A program made the position numbers and the translations under genes. A stretch of DNA of 62,840 bases, counting the filler, from Chiloscyllium plagiosum (taxonomy: Eukaryota): the NCBI RefSeq assembly GCF_004010195.1. It is 5 parts of one record of this genome, joined end to end, with 100 filler letters (N's around TTAATTAATTAA, not from the genome) between each part and the next. Parts side by side here need not be neighbours in the genome. Positions count along the whole stretch, not along the records: positions 1 to 26,264 come from NC_057710.1; 4 more parts are not named here. One strand, 5' to 3'. The notes below the pieces were generated by a model, which had not been told where the DNA came from, did not search any database, and worked only from the letters and a program-made list of their open reading frames with translations. Shown here piece after piece: positions 1 to 12,145 of the stretch; position 1 is the stretch's first letter; every line of letters begins with the position of its first letter.

Positions 1-100
1 CCCACTCTCTCCCCATAGCCCTGTATCAATCCCAAACTAATCCCACTGTCCCACTCTCTCCCCATAGCCCTGTATCAATCCCAAACTAATCCTACTACCC
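1..100. repeat. 41-bp tandem repeat (~2.4 copies)
   Basis: Unit CCCACTCTCTCCCCATAGCCCTGTATCAATCCCAAACTAAT... recurs from position 1 and again from 51 (period about 50 including the spacer). Confidence 0.6.
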
Positions 101-329
101 CCTCTCGCTCCTTTATCATCAGCAGAATGGAACACTCCATTTCCCACTCCAAATGTCAATCTTCCACTTTGGAATGTGACAGTCAAAAACCCCTTTTCCA
201 GTTGCTGACCACTCCCTCTGTCAGGGAATGTAATTGGATAAATTTGCCTCTTTTCCATTATCCATGATCATTTCTTTGAATATTAACAGGCCAATTGACC
301 ACATGGCCATGTATCCAGTCCTGACCCTG

Positions 330-775
330 AAGAGATTTACCAGGATGATGCTTGGTGTGGAGGGAAGGACTTATGAGGAAAGGCTGAAGGATTTGAGGCT
401 GTTTCATTAGAGACAAGAAGTTGAGGCGACTTAATAGAAGATGATCAGAGGATTAGATCGGGTGGACAGTCAGACCCTTTTTCCTCGAATGGTGATGGCT
501 ACCATGAGGGGACATAGCTTTAAATTGAGTGGTGATAGATATAGGACAGATGTTAAAGGTAGGTTCTTTAACCAGAGAGTAGTAGGGGCATGGAACGCAT
601 TGCCTGCAACAGTAGTAGACTTGCCAACTTTAAGAGCATTCAAATGGTCATTGGATGGACGTATGGATGAGAATGGAATAGTGTAGGTTAGATGGGCTTC
701 AGATTGGTTTCACAGGTCAGCACAACATCAAGGGCTGAAGGGCCTGTTGTGCGCTATAATGTTCCATGTTCTACA
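330..775 (+). mobile_element. CR1 LINE 3' fragment
   Basis: ORF 441-686 (RGHSFKL...FFNQRVVGAWNALP) is the CR1 ORF2 C-terminus, followed by the GGGCTGAAGGGCCTG 3' tail. Confidence 0.9.
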
Positions 776-979
776 TTCAATGTGAGGCAGCAGTGCTAAC
801 CACTGAGTCACCCTGCCCATTTTAGTGTCATACAGTAGCTTCTTGGAGTCATACTTGATTCTAAGATGTGTTTCCTACCACATACCTGTCCCATGGCTAA
901 GAACCACCACATACCTCTACCATCAGTTTGTTGGTGTACTCTGCTTCTCCCCAAAGTGCCACACACCCCCCAGCTGATT

Positions 980-1060
980 TTCTGCTGAAACCCTCACTCC
1001 TGTCTTTGCCAACTCTAGATTTGAGTGTTCCAACACATTCCTGGACAGCCTCCCATCCTC
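980..1060 (+). mobile_element. L2 LINE RT remnant
   Basis: Translates AETLTPVFANSRFECSNTFLDSLPS, resembling the L2 motif AETLIHAFVTSRLDYCNSLLAGLP. Confidence 0.6.
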
Positions 1061-1084
1061 GGTGCAGTTGAGATGAAAGAGAGT

Positions 1085-1513
1085 ACAGCAACTGCTCTGC
1101 CCAGGACCATAAGAAACTACAGAAGGTGGTGTGCACAGCCCAGACCATCACGGAAGCCAACCTTCATTCCATGGGCTCCATTTACACAGATTGCTGCCAC
1201 GGAAAGGCTGCTAACATCATCAAAGACCCCTCCCATCTCTTCCCCGCCCCCAGTAATGATCTCCTACAACCTCTTCTATCAGGCAGGAAGTACAGAAACC
1301 TGAACACATGCACCAGCAGGTTCAGGAACAGCTTCTTCCCAGCCGGTATTAGACTGATGAATGGATTCTCTAGCCTCAATAAGCAATTATGCCTCTGTCT
1401 AAACTTTTTTGTTCTGTACGTCCTTGCTCACTATGATCTGCCTGCATTGCTCGTAAACAAAACTTTTCACCGTACTTCGGTACAAGTGACAATCAATCAA
1501 TCAATCCATCAAT
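1085..1513 (+). mobile_element. Rex1/Babar-type non-LTR retrotransposon 3' fragment
   Basis: KLQKVVCTAQTIT...IIKDPSH...SGRKYRNL...RFRNSFFP C-terminus and an (AATC)n tail; homologous copies at 32824-33432 and 52209-52592. Confidence 0.75.
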
Positions 1514-3439
1514 CTATGCAGCAAACTCTGGGAGAGTGAATTCCACAGATTCAGAGAAGCAATTCCTCTTCATCCCTGTTTTAAATCCGCTACCCTTTAA
1601 CCCAAAAGGATGACCTCTCATTCTACATTACCCCACATGAGGAATTATCCTCTCTGAACCTACTTTCTCAATCCCCGTTAGCACCTTCTATCCCTCAACT
1701 ATATCTCCTCTCATTCTATAGGGAAGGAAAACTGTTTTCCTGACCCAGTCAGGTCTAAATCTGACTCCAGATCAATTACAACATAATTGCTTTCTGAGAT
1801 GGCCAAGCAAGACACTCAGATGAAGAGAAATTAGGGCTGGCCAAAAACATGCTCACATTCCAATAAAGAAGATGTATTCTTGCCTCTTCAGCATGACAGA
1901 TTTTTATGACTGTTTCTTCTGCTGCACAGACCTAAAGCTCTGGAATTCCTTCCCTAAACCTCTGCATTTGTTTTTCTTCATTTAAGACGATGCTTAAAAC
2001 CCATTACTTTGCGAAGCTTTTGCTCATCTTTCTGAACGTAGCCTTGTGCTGCTCATTGGAGACTGGAATGTAGGCCACAGTCACGTCAGCCATGACCTTA
2101 TTTTTCACAGGACGGGCTAGAGGGACTGAATGGACTACACCTACTCACAATTCTTGTGTTTATGCACATGTTTGTTCCACATTTCTGTGAAGCCACTCTA
2201 CGAAAGACATCATGTAAATGTAAATGTAACATTTAAAAGGCATCTGGACAAGTATTTGAACAGGAAGAGTTTAGAGGGATATGGGCCAAGTGCTGGCAAC
2301 TGGGACTAGATGAATTCAGGATATCTGGTCGGCATGAATATGTTGGACTGAAGGGTCTGTTTCCACGCTGTACATCTCTATGACTCTATCCAATTATTTT
2401 GAGGTGGATTAGATTAGCATAGAAAGTATGACATTATGTAAATAGGAGGGAATAGTGTAGTGATGTTATCACTGGAATGGTAATCCAGCAACCCCAGGCT
2501 AATGATACAGAGACATGAGTTGAAATCTCCTGACAGCAGATGGTGGAATTTCAATTCAAAAGAGTAAAAAAATTACATAAGAAGCTTTTTTTTGGGACCA
2601 GGGCATCGCTAACTAGGTAGCATTTAATGCCTATCACTAATTATCCAGAGGACAGTTAAGAGTCAACCACATTGCTGTGGGTCTGGAGTCACATGTAGGC
2701 CAGACCTGGTCTGGTCTGGTCTGGACTACATGTGACTCCAGACCCACAGTAATGTAGTTGGCTCTTCGTTGCTCACTCCCCAAATAGGAGTGGACAGTAA
2801 ATGGCCTAGTCAGCATAGTACACATCTCCTGAATAAATAGTTGCATGTTGTTGTTCAAATTGCTCAGAATTGTCTATCAGAATGATAGGTTAGGTTTTTC
2901 CCCAACAATGGAGTCATGATCATCTGGACTGTTAATTCCAGATTTTCTTTCATTGAATTCAAATCCCCCCATCTGTTGCAGTTGGATATGAACCAGGGTC
3001 TGCAGAACATTGTGTGGGCCTCTGGATTAACACTGCAGCAATAGTAGCACCAGGCCATCACCTCCCCTTGGCGTAATGATGACCACTGTTCACTCTCTTT
3101 AAAAGCACATGTGTTTCACTAGAGGAACTCTGCTGCTTTTACCTGGTCTGGTCTGGACTACATGTGTGGAGTTTGACTCTTAGTCGCTCGCTCCCCAAAT
3201 AGGAATGGACAGCAAATGGCTGAATCAGCAATGGACACATCCCATGAATAAATAGTTGCATGTTCTTGTTCAAATTACCCAGAATTGTCTATCAGAAGCA
3301 TGACTCTCAATTACTGCGTTCTGGGAGGGGGTCATTTTCATGGGAACTGCCTAATTCCCAGCTTAGCCCAGGGAGCAGTTCCTAAAGAGAGTGTTTTGTA
3401 TTTTCAGTGATGAAGTTGGATTCTCGATGGGATATTGGA

Positions 3440-3780
3440 ATTCTGTATGTATGTTTGCTCGCTAAGCTGGAAAGTTCACTTTCAGACGTTTCGTCACCAT
3501 ACTGGATAACATCATCAGTGTGCCTTTGGTGAAGCACTGGTGAACCGCTTTCTATTTATGTGTTTAGGTTTCCTTGGGTTGGTGATGTCGTTTCCTGTGG
3601 TGTCGTCAGTTCCTGTGGTGATGTCATTGGGGTAGTGGGACATTTAAGCATTCCAGTTGGCGGAGTTGGATTGCCACCTTGGCAATAGATTCAGTGGCAA
3701 CACCTCATTCAATATCTTGGCACGGAGACTTGCAATTATTAGTCAGTCCATTGAGTTTCCTCAAGGATCTGGCTATTTCC
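3440..3780 (-). mobile_element. Penelope-like element terminus with hammerhead-ribozyme core
   Basis: Minus strand 3520-3483 reads CACTGATGATGTTATCCAGTATGGTGACGAAACGTCTG. Confidence 0.6.
3483..3520 (-). ncRNA. Candidate minimal hammerhead ribozyme (Penelope type)
   Basis: CUGAUGA, then stem II GUUAUC/GGUGAC (pairs with G-U), then GAAAC and a GUC cleavage triplet. Helix I is very short. Confidence 0.55.
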
Positions 3781-3814
3781 TCCAGGTGTCCCATTTAAGT
3801 TGCAATACAGTGAG

Positions 3815-4549
3815 TAACATACACTTAATAGCAGGGTCCTGGAGAGTTTTCCCAAACAAAGAGATCTTGGGGGGTAGATTTATAGTCCCTTGGTGTCGTA
3901 GGTAGATAGGATAGCGAAGAAGATGTTTGGTACACTTGCCTTCATTGGTCAGTGCATTGCGTAGAGGAGTTGAGAAATGATGTTGTGACTATACAGGACA
4001 TTGACTCAACCACTTTTGGAAGCCTGCATTCAGTTGTGGTCTCCCTACATATAGGAAAGATATTGTTCAATTTGAAAGGGTGCAGAAAAGATTTCCAAGG
4101 ATGTTACCAGGGTTGGAGGGTTTGAGTCATAGAGAGAAGCTGAATAGGTTGGGGCTGTTTTCCCTGGAGCATCGGAGGCTGAGGGGTGATCTTACAGAGG
4201 TTTATAAAATCATGAGGGGCATGGACAGGGTAAATAGCCAAGGTCTGTTCCCCAGGATAGGGGGAAATCTAAGACGGGATGGTTAAGGTGAGATTTCAAA
4301 AGGACTAAGGGTAAACTTTTTCACGGAGAGGGTTGTGCGTGTATGGAATGAGCTGCCAGAGGAAGTGGTGGAGGCTGGTACAATGACAACATTTAAAAGG
4401 CATCTGGATGAGTGTTTGAATAGGAAGGGTTTAGAGGGATATGGGTCAAGTGCTGGCAAATGTAACTAGATGAATTTAGGATATCAGGTCGGCGTGAATG
4501 CGTTGGACTGAAGGGTCTGTTTCTGTGTTGTACAACTCTATGACTCTAT
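3815..4549 (+). mobile_element. CR1 LINE 3' fragment
   Basis: ORF 4080-4286 (LGLFSLEHRRLRGDLTEVYKIMRG) and a (CTATGACT) tail. Confidence 0.9.
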
Positions 4550-4799
4550 ATAATTATTTTGAGGTGAACTAGATTAGCAGAGCAAGTATGATTTGATCAA
4601 GATTACAAGATTTTTTTTTAAGAAAAAGCACCTTTCACAATCTCATGAGGTCCCAAAGAACTTTCTGTGAGCTGCTTTTGCTGTAATATCGGAGGTATAG
4701 CAAGGTCCCACAAACAGCAATGAGATAAATAACCACATCATGATTTCTCAGTATTGATTGGGAGACAAATATTTCTTCGGACACCAGGGTTCTTCATAA

Positions 4800-7700
4800 G
4801 AGAACTCTGTGAGACTGCCTACACTGAGGTTAGGAATCCTCCAGTGAATATCTCACCTCCTGACTCCCCAAAGCCTGTCCACCATCTACAAGGCACAAGT
4901 CAGGAGTGTGATGGAATACTCCCCACTTGCCTGGATGGGGGCAGCTCCAACAACACTCAAGAAGCTTGACATCATCCAGGACAAAGCAGCCCATTTGATT
5001 GGCACCACATCCACAAACAACCACTCCCTCCACCACTGACACTCATTGGCTGCAGTGTGTACTATCTTCAAGATGTACAAAGAAAGAACAAAGAAAATTT
5101 ACAGCCCAGGAACTGGCCCTTCGGCCCTCCAAGTCTGAGCCAATCCAAATGTACTGTCTAAACCTATCGCCCAATTCCTAAGGATCTGTATCCCTCTGCT
5201 CCCCACCTACTCATGCGTCTGTCCAGATGCATCTTAAATGAATCTACCGTGCCTGCCTCTACCACCTCTGCTAGCAATGCACTCCAGGCATCTACCACCC
5301 TCTGTGTAAAGTACTTTCTGCCTTAAACTTTTCACCTCTCACCTCGAACGCGTGACCTCTCGCTATTGAATCCTTCACCCTGGGAAAAAGCTTGTCTCTA
5401 TCCACCCTGTCTCTTCCTTCATGATTTTGTAGATCTCAATCAGGTCCTCCCTCAATCTCCTTTCTTCTGATGAAACAATCCTAACTTACTCAACCTTTCT
5501 TCATAGCTAGCACCTTCCATACCAGGCAATATCCTTGTAAACCTTCTCTGCACCCTCTCCAAAGCGTCCACATCCTTTTGGTAATGTGGCAACCAGAACT
5601 GTACACAGTATTCTAAATGCGGCCGAACCAATGTCTTGTACAATTTTAACATGACCTGCCAGTTCTTAAACTCAATACCCCATCAGATGAAGACAAGCAT
5701 ACCATATGGCTTCTTGACCACTCTATCCATCTGTGCAGCCACCTTCAGGGTACAATGGACCTGCACTCCCATATCTCTCTGTCCATGAACTTTTCCCAAG
5801 GCTCTTCCTTTTACAGTATAATTCGCTCTAGAATTAGATTTCCCAAAATACATCACCTCACACTTGCCTGGATTGAAATCCATCTGCCCAACTTCCCTGC
5901 TCAACTCTCCAGTCTATCTGTATTCTCCTGTATTCTTTAACAGCCTCTTATGCTTTCTGCTACTCCCCAATCTTTGTGTCATCTGCAAGCTTGCTGATCA
6001 GATCACCAATGCCCTCTTCCAGATCATTTATGTATATTACAAATAACAGTGGACCCAGCTCTAATCCCTGTGGATCTTTCTCCATTTCGAGAAACTCTTT
6101 TCAACTACTACTCTCTGTCTCCTGTTGCTCAACCAGTTCTTTATCCACCTAGCTAGAACACCCTGCACACCATGTGACTTCACTTTCTCCATTAGTCTAT
6201 AATGGGGAACCTTATCAAACGCCTTACTAAAGTCCATGTAAATGACATCTACAGCCCTTCCTTCATCTATCAACTTGGTCATTTTCTCAAAGAACTCTCT
6301 TAAGTTGGTCAGGGACGATTTCCACCCCGCACAAAACCGTATTGCCTATCACTGATAAGCCCATTCTTTTCCAAACATAAATAGACCTTATCCACCAGTA
6401 CCTTCTCCAGCAACTTTCCCATCACTGATGTCAGGCTTCCTGGTCTGTAGTTACCTGGAATAACATTAGCAACCCTCTAGTCCTCCAGCCCTTCACCTGT
6501 GTTTAAGGATGCCACAAAGATATCTGTCAGGGCCCCAATATTTCCTTTCTCGCCTCCCTCAGCAACCTGGGATAGATCCCTTCTGGTCCTGGGGATTAGT
6601 CCACCTTAGTATCCTTTAGCCTACCCAACACATCTTCCCTCGTTATGTCAGCGTGATCCAGGGTAAACAAACTTCTATTTCTAATCTCAACATTCATCAT
6701 GTCTCTCTCCTCAGTGAACACTGATGCAAAGTAACCATTGAGAATCTCACCCATTTTCTCAGGTTCAACACACAGCCTTTCTTTGTTATCCTTTAGTGGA
6801 CCAACCCTTTCTCTAGTTACCCACTTGCATCTTATATAAGAATAAAAGGCCTTGGGATTCTCCGTAATTCTGATCACTAAAGTTATTTCATGATCCCTTT
6901 TAGCCCACTTGATTCCTCATTTAAGATTGGTCCTACTCTCCCAATATTCCTCCAAGGCCCCTTCTGGTCTTAGCTGCCTGGACCTTATGTATGCCTCCCT
7001 TTTCCTCTTGGCTATTTGCATAATTTCTCCTGTCATCCACTGTTCACAAACCTTGCCCTTCCTATCCCTTGTTTTCAAAGGGACATGCCTATCCTGCATT
7101 ATCTTCAACCTATCTTTGAAAGCCTCCCACATCTCAAATGTGGACTTCCCTTCAAATAGCTACGTCCAATCCACATTTCCCAGCTCCTGCCTAATTTTGA
7201 CATAATTGGCCTTGGCCCAGTTTAGTACTCTTCCCTGAGGACCACTCCCATCTTTGTCTAAGAGTATTCTAAGACTTACAAAATTGTGGTCACTATTCCC
7301 AAAGAAATCCCCCACCGCAACTTCTACCACCTGGCCTGGCTCATTCACCAATTCCAGGTCCAATATGGCCCCTTCCCTCATCGGACTATTGGCATACTGC
7401 TCTAGAAAACTCTCCTGGACGCTCCTTACAAATTCTGCCCCACTGCTCAAACCCTCCATAGTGTCCTCCTTTAGCACAACTATGATAACATCCCTGACCA
7501 GCAATGCAAGTCCTCCTCCCTTTTACTTCCCTCCCTGTCCTGTCTGAAGCATCTGGAACATTCAGTTGCCAACCATGCCCTTCCTTCAACCAAGTCTCTG
7601 TGATCACAATAACGTCATACTCCCAGGCACCAATCCAAGCCCTAAGATCCATCTGCCTTATCCACTACACTCCTTGCATTAAAGTAGATACACTTCAGGC

Positions 7701-8295
7701 TGCCAGTTCTTTTGCACTCATCTGCTCTCTGCCTACTCTCCCCCTTGGAAATGCTAACTTCATGATACCTACAGTCTCTAGTTTCCACCTCACTGTTTAC
7801 TAGTCTTCTCTCTGGTTCCCAGCCTCCTGCCACATTAGTTTAAAATCTTCCCAACAGCAGATATTTACTGCAGAAATTCACCAAAGATTCTCAGACAGCA
7901 CCTTCCAAACCCAGGACCATTTCCATCCAGAAGGATAAGAGCAGCAGATACATGGGAACACCACTCTCCTGCAAGTTCCCCTCCAAGCCACTCACCATCC
8001 TGACTTGGAGCAGATATTTACTGCAGAAATTCACCAAAGATTCTCAGACAGCACCTTCCAAACCCAGGACCATTTCCATCCAGAAGGACAAGGGCAGCAG
8101 ATACATGGGAACACCACCCCCTGCAAGTTCCCCTTCAAGCTATTCACCATCCTGACTTGGAAATATATCGCCGTTCCTTCACTGTCGCTGGGTCAAAATC
8201 TCGGAATTCCCTCCCTGAGGGCATTGTGGGTCAACCCACAGCACATGGGCTGTAGCGGTTCAATAAGGCAGCCCACCTTCTCAAAGGGCAACTTT
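4800..8295 (+). mobile_element. Second-family CR1-group LINE 3' fragment, interrupted by the minus-strand CR1 at about 5080-7850
   Basis: 4800-5078 and 7866-8295 match consecutive parts of the 32140-35712 element. Confidence 0.75.
5080..7850 (-). mobile_element. CR1 LINE, degenerate ORF2 (endonuclease and RT fragments)
   Basis: Minus ORFs contain ITETWL, GNSDHN, DVIYMDFSKAFDKVPH and LVRPHLEYCVQFW. Confidence 0.92.
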
Positions 8296-8653
8296 GAGGA
8301 CCAGCAGTGTGAGAATGTGATACATTGGTACACGTTCATCTCTCATCCTTCTAAACTCCAAGGGATCCAGGACCAGTCTCTGAAAATAATCCAAGAAAAC
8401 ACTCAGCTGGTGGGTGTAGATATTTTCTTAATTGCCCTGGTCAGAGACCTTATTACATACCTGTGGAGCAGCTGAGATTTAACTCTGGGCCTCCTGGCTC
8501 AGAGATGAGGGCACACCACTTTCCAATAAGAACCTTTACCCGGTTAGTGTAAGCATTCAGGGGAACAGACAGTACTGGAGAAACTCTGCAGCTCTGATGA
8601 GAGAAAGCAGAGTTCACATTTCTGATCCAGTGTCCCACTTCTTCAGAATTCAT

Positions 8654-8904
8654 GGGCGGCACAGTGGTCAGCACTGCTAACCTGGGTCACCAGGGACCTG
8701 GATTCAGGTCTGTGTGGATCTATGTGGAGTTTGCACATTCTCCTTGTCTCTGCGTGGGTTTCCTCCCACACTCCAAAGATGTGCAGGTCAGGTGGATTGA
8801 CCATGCTACATTGCCCACAGTGTTAGGTGCATTTGTCAGAGGGGGGGTGGGTCAGTGTGGACTGGTTGGGCCGAAGGGCCTGTTTCCACACTGTAGGTAA
8901 TCTA
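8654..8904 (+). mobile_element. HE1-type (V-SINE) tRNA-derived SINE
   Basis: GGGCGGCACAGTGGTCAGCACTGCT head, TGTGGAGTTTGCACATTCTCC core and GGGCCGAAGGGCCTGTTTCCACACTGTA tail. Confidence 0.85.
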
Positions 8905-9091
8905 ATTCGAAATGTTTTGGAGCCAGCATTGAAATTGGCAGGTTTTCCTGAGATGTAGCAACAGGTTGGGGGGGTTGGAGAGTGTTCTCGGGACTGCAGT
9001 AGTAAAGGCAGGTTTGAGAGTATGCACTCTCAAAGAGTTGGCACATGTGCAAGGGGCCGAGTGGCCACTTTCTGAGCAATGAGGTTGAATG

Positions 9092-9112
9092 ATTGGCCAA
9101 TAATCCCCGCCC
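9092..9112 (+). promoter_or_regulatory. Putative proximal promoter: palindromic CCAAT boxes plus GC box
   Basis: ATTGGCCAAT (9092-9101) and CCCCGCCC (9105-9112), about 140 bp upstream of the HHEX-like ATG in locally CpG-rich DNA. Confidence 0.55.
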
Positions 9113-9249
9113 TGCTTATGTCGGGTTTTTTTGCAAACTCGGATGCACACACACAGAGAGAGAGAGAGAGAGTTACTGAGTGCAGTGATAACTTGTCTGT
9201 ATTTCTGTGGCTGGCTTTTTTTTTCCCCCCCCCGAGTGCAGAGATTGCA

Positions 9250-9583
9250 ATGCACTTCCACCGCCCCCCAGGCGCTGAGAGTTTCCTCCGGGCCCCCAGC
9301 CCCATCCAGCAGCCCACCCGCTTCTACATCGAGGACATTCTGAGCCGTGATGCCGCCGGGGGCTCACAGAGCCGGGCCGTCTCCTGCAGCCCGTTCCCGG
9401 CTGTGGTACCGCCACCGCCGCTGCCGCTCGCCAGCTTCAGGGCAGCAGTGTACCAGCGAGCTGGCCAAGTTGCTCTATCCCCACCTTTGTACCGGGCGCC
9501 AGTGCTCCCACAACATCTGGCTCCCATCTACCAGCCGACTGCTGCCGAGTTCCAGCACCCCATCTACAGACCTCTCCCCCTGG
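9250..9583 (+). CDS. HHEX-like: HHEX-like homeobox gene, coding exon 1 (proline-rich N-terminus with eh1 motif)
   Basis: MHFHRPPG...APSPIQQPTRFYIEDILSR...FRAAVYQ...PIYRPLPLG aligns with HHEX MQYPHPG...APTPLLQPAHPTPFYIEDILGR...YRTPVYE...LLRHDPLG. It ends at a phase-1 donor (CTG G|gtaag) at the PLG position, as in HHEX. 111 open codons. Confidence 0.85.
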
Positions 9584-9627
9584 GTAAGAGACTACAGCTG
9601 GAGCGGGGCCGGGGAGACCGAACTCAA

Positions 9628-10850
9628 GACACACACACACACACAGAGAGAGAGAGATAACAGGAGAAAGCGAACGCGCGAGAGAGAGTGAGTGAGAGAG
9701 AAACACAGGAGAGAGAGAACATGAGAGAGAGAGAACACAGGAGAGAGAGAGAACACAGGAGAGAGAGAGAGAACACAGGAGAGAGAGAAACACAGGAGAG
9801 AGACAGAACACAGGAGAGAGAGAGAACAAAGGAGAGAGATAGAAATACAGGAGAGANNNNNNNNNNNNNNNNNNNNNNNNNNNNNNNNNNNNNNNNNNNN
9901 NNNNNNNNNNNNNNNNNNNNNNNNNNNNNNNNNNNNNNNNNNNNNNNNNNNNNNNNNNNNNNNNNNNNNNNNNNNNNNNNNNNNNNNNNNNNNNNNNNNN
10001 NNNNNNNNNNNNNNNNNNNNNNNNNNNNNNNNNNNNNNNNNNNNNNNNNNNNNNNNNNNNNNNNNNNNNNNNNNNNNNNNNNNNNNNNNNNNNNNNNNNN
10101 NNNNNNNNNNNNNNNNNNNNNNNNNNNNNNNNNNNNNNNNNNNNNNNNNNNNNNNNNNNNNNNNNNNNNNNNNNNNNNNNNNNNNNNNNNNNNNNNNNNN
10201 NNNNNNNNNNNNNNNNNNNNNNNNNNNNNNNNNNNNNNNNNNNNNNNNNNNNNNNNNNNNNNNNNNNNNNNNNNNNNNNNNNNNNNNNNNNNNNNNNNNN
10301 NNNNNNNNNNNNNNNNNNNNNNNNNNNNNNNNNNNNNNNNNNNNNNNNNNNNNNNNNNNNNNNNNNNNNNNNNNNNNNNNNNNNNNNNNNNNNNNNNNNN
10401 NNNNNNNNNNNNNNNNNNNNNNNNNNNNNNNNNNNNNNNNNNNNNNNNNNNNNNNNNNNNNNNNNNNNNNNNNNNNNNNNNNNNNNNNNNNNNNNNNNNN
10501 NNNNNNNNNNNNNNNNNNNNNNNNNNNNNNNNNNNNNNNNNNNNNNNNNNNNNNNNNNNNNNNNNNNNNNNNNNNNNNNNNNNNNNNNNNNNNNNNNNNN
10601 NNNNNNNNNNNNNNNNNNNNNNNNNNNNNNNNNNNNNNNNNNNNNNNNNNNNNNNNNNNNNNNNNNNNNNNNNNNNNNNNNNNGAGAGAGAGAACACAGG
10701 AGAGAGAGAAACACAGGAGAGAGAGAACACAGGAGAGAGAGAGAAACACAGGAGAGAGAGAGAACACAGGAGAGAGAGAACACGAGAGAGCGAGGACACA
10801 GAGAGAGAATACAGGAGAGTGATAAAGAGAAAGCACAGGAGGGAAAGATA
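9628..10850. repeat. (CA)n and GA-rich minisatellite (GAGAGAGAACACAGGA-like units) spanning an assembly gap
   Basis: Repeat units are visible on both sides of N 9857-10683. Confidence 0.9.
9857..10683. other. Assembly gap (N run)
   Basis: Run of N. Confidence 1.
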
Positions 10851-12145
10851 AAGAGCAAACACACTCAGGGAGAGTTAAAATTATACAAAACCAGAGTGCT
10901 GGAGGAACAGCAGGTCTGGCAGCATCTGGGGAGAGAGAGAGAGAGCAGAGTTAATTTTACCAGTCCTGATTGTTTTCAGAAGAACTGTTTGCGGTTCAGA
11001 TTTCCAGCATCCACAGTTATTTGGGTCTGTTTAAGGGTGTGGGAGACGGAGTAAAGACTGAAAAAGGAGAGAGGAACCAAAGAGATTGAGAGATACTCGG
11101 TGTTTTCAGACGAACGGGATCTATTGGCAATAAAATTGGAGGAGGACAGGGAGGGAGTGAAATGGGAGAGGGTAAGATTAATAACAAATGAGGAGAGAAT
11201 GTGTAAAAAGCAGGAATAATGAAGTGTCAGGAGAGGAGCTGAGAGAGAATGAGACGCGCAGAGAGCTCTCGCAAAGTTCTCTCTTTATATTCCTGTAGAT
11301 TTCAAGGAGAACTTTTCCCGCTTTGATTTAAAAAAAATGCTTTAAAAATACATTCGGGGCGAGAATATTGTGGTGGTGTCGGATTCAGACGCTTTATTTG
11401 ACATAATTTTTAAAAAGAACACATACATAACCCAGAACTCCCAGAGGAATTCTGCACTGGATGTGCGGAGGGTTTAACCCCGTCAAATCCGCTTTGAGCT
11501 GGGGTTCTGAAGCTGCCTGAATCCGACTTCTCTGGATTTCCAGCCAGCCTGCCCTTCACTGTCAACAAACATTGGGACAATCAGATCCATCCTCCAGGAG
11601 GGTCACTGGACTGCAAACGTTAACTCTCTCTCTCTCTCTGTCCTTTCCTTCTGCTCTCGGGCCGAGAAGGGACGGAGGTAGCGTGTTGTTGCTGGATTTT
11701 GTAGGACGGTAAAGCGGGACCAGTGCCCATCGGGACGGGTCGGAAGGGCTCAACACGTGGAAACATCCAGACAGTTTCAATTTCCCTCGCGTTTCTCGAC
11801 AGCTCCGGCTGACTTCAGCTCCCAGTCTCAGGCAGCTCTGATGAACACAGATTTCCCATGCTCGCTGTGGATTTCAGACCCTTTCCATTTCCTGTCACCT
11901 GGGGGTGAGAGGAAGAGGGTAGGGAGAAAGGCCAACTTCTTGGCAGAGAAAAACTCTTCCCTTCCCAGCGCTATCCCCAATCCCTGGGAGTCTCTCCCTT
12001 ATCTCCAAATATCTCTGCAGTTCGAAAACAATCTGCCCACACCTTTCCCAGGGTTTGGAATGCAGGTTCATAGCTCCTTGAAATTGGAGTCGCATGTAGA
12101 TGGGATAGTGAAGAAGTGGTTTGGTATGCTTTCCTTTATTGGTCA

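Noticed and set aside
9079..9249. N-terminal extension of the HHEX-like ORF from ATG 9079
   Set aside because: It overlaps the promoter motifs and a microsatellite, and HHEX similarity begins at ATG 9250.
9437..10864. Long ORFs of 387-475 aa
   Set aside because: Artefacts of N runs and GA repeats; the same applies to ORFs over 42223-42722 and 51709-52208.
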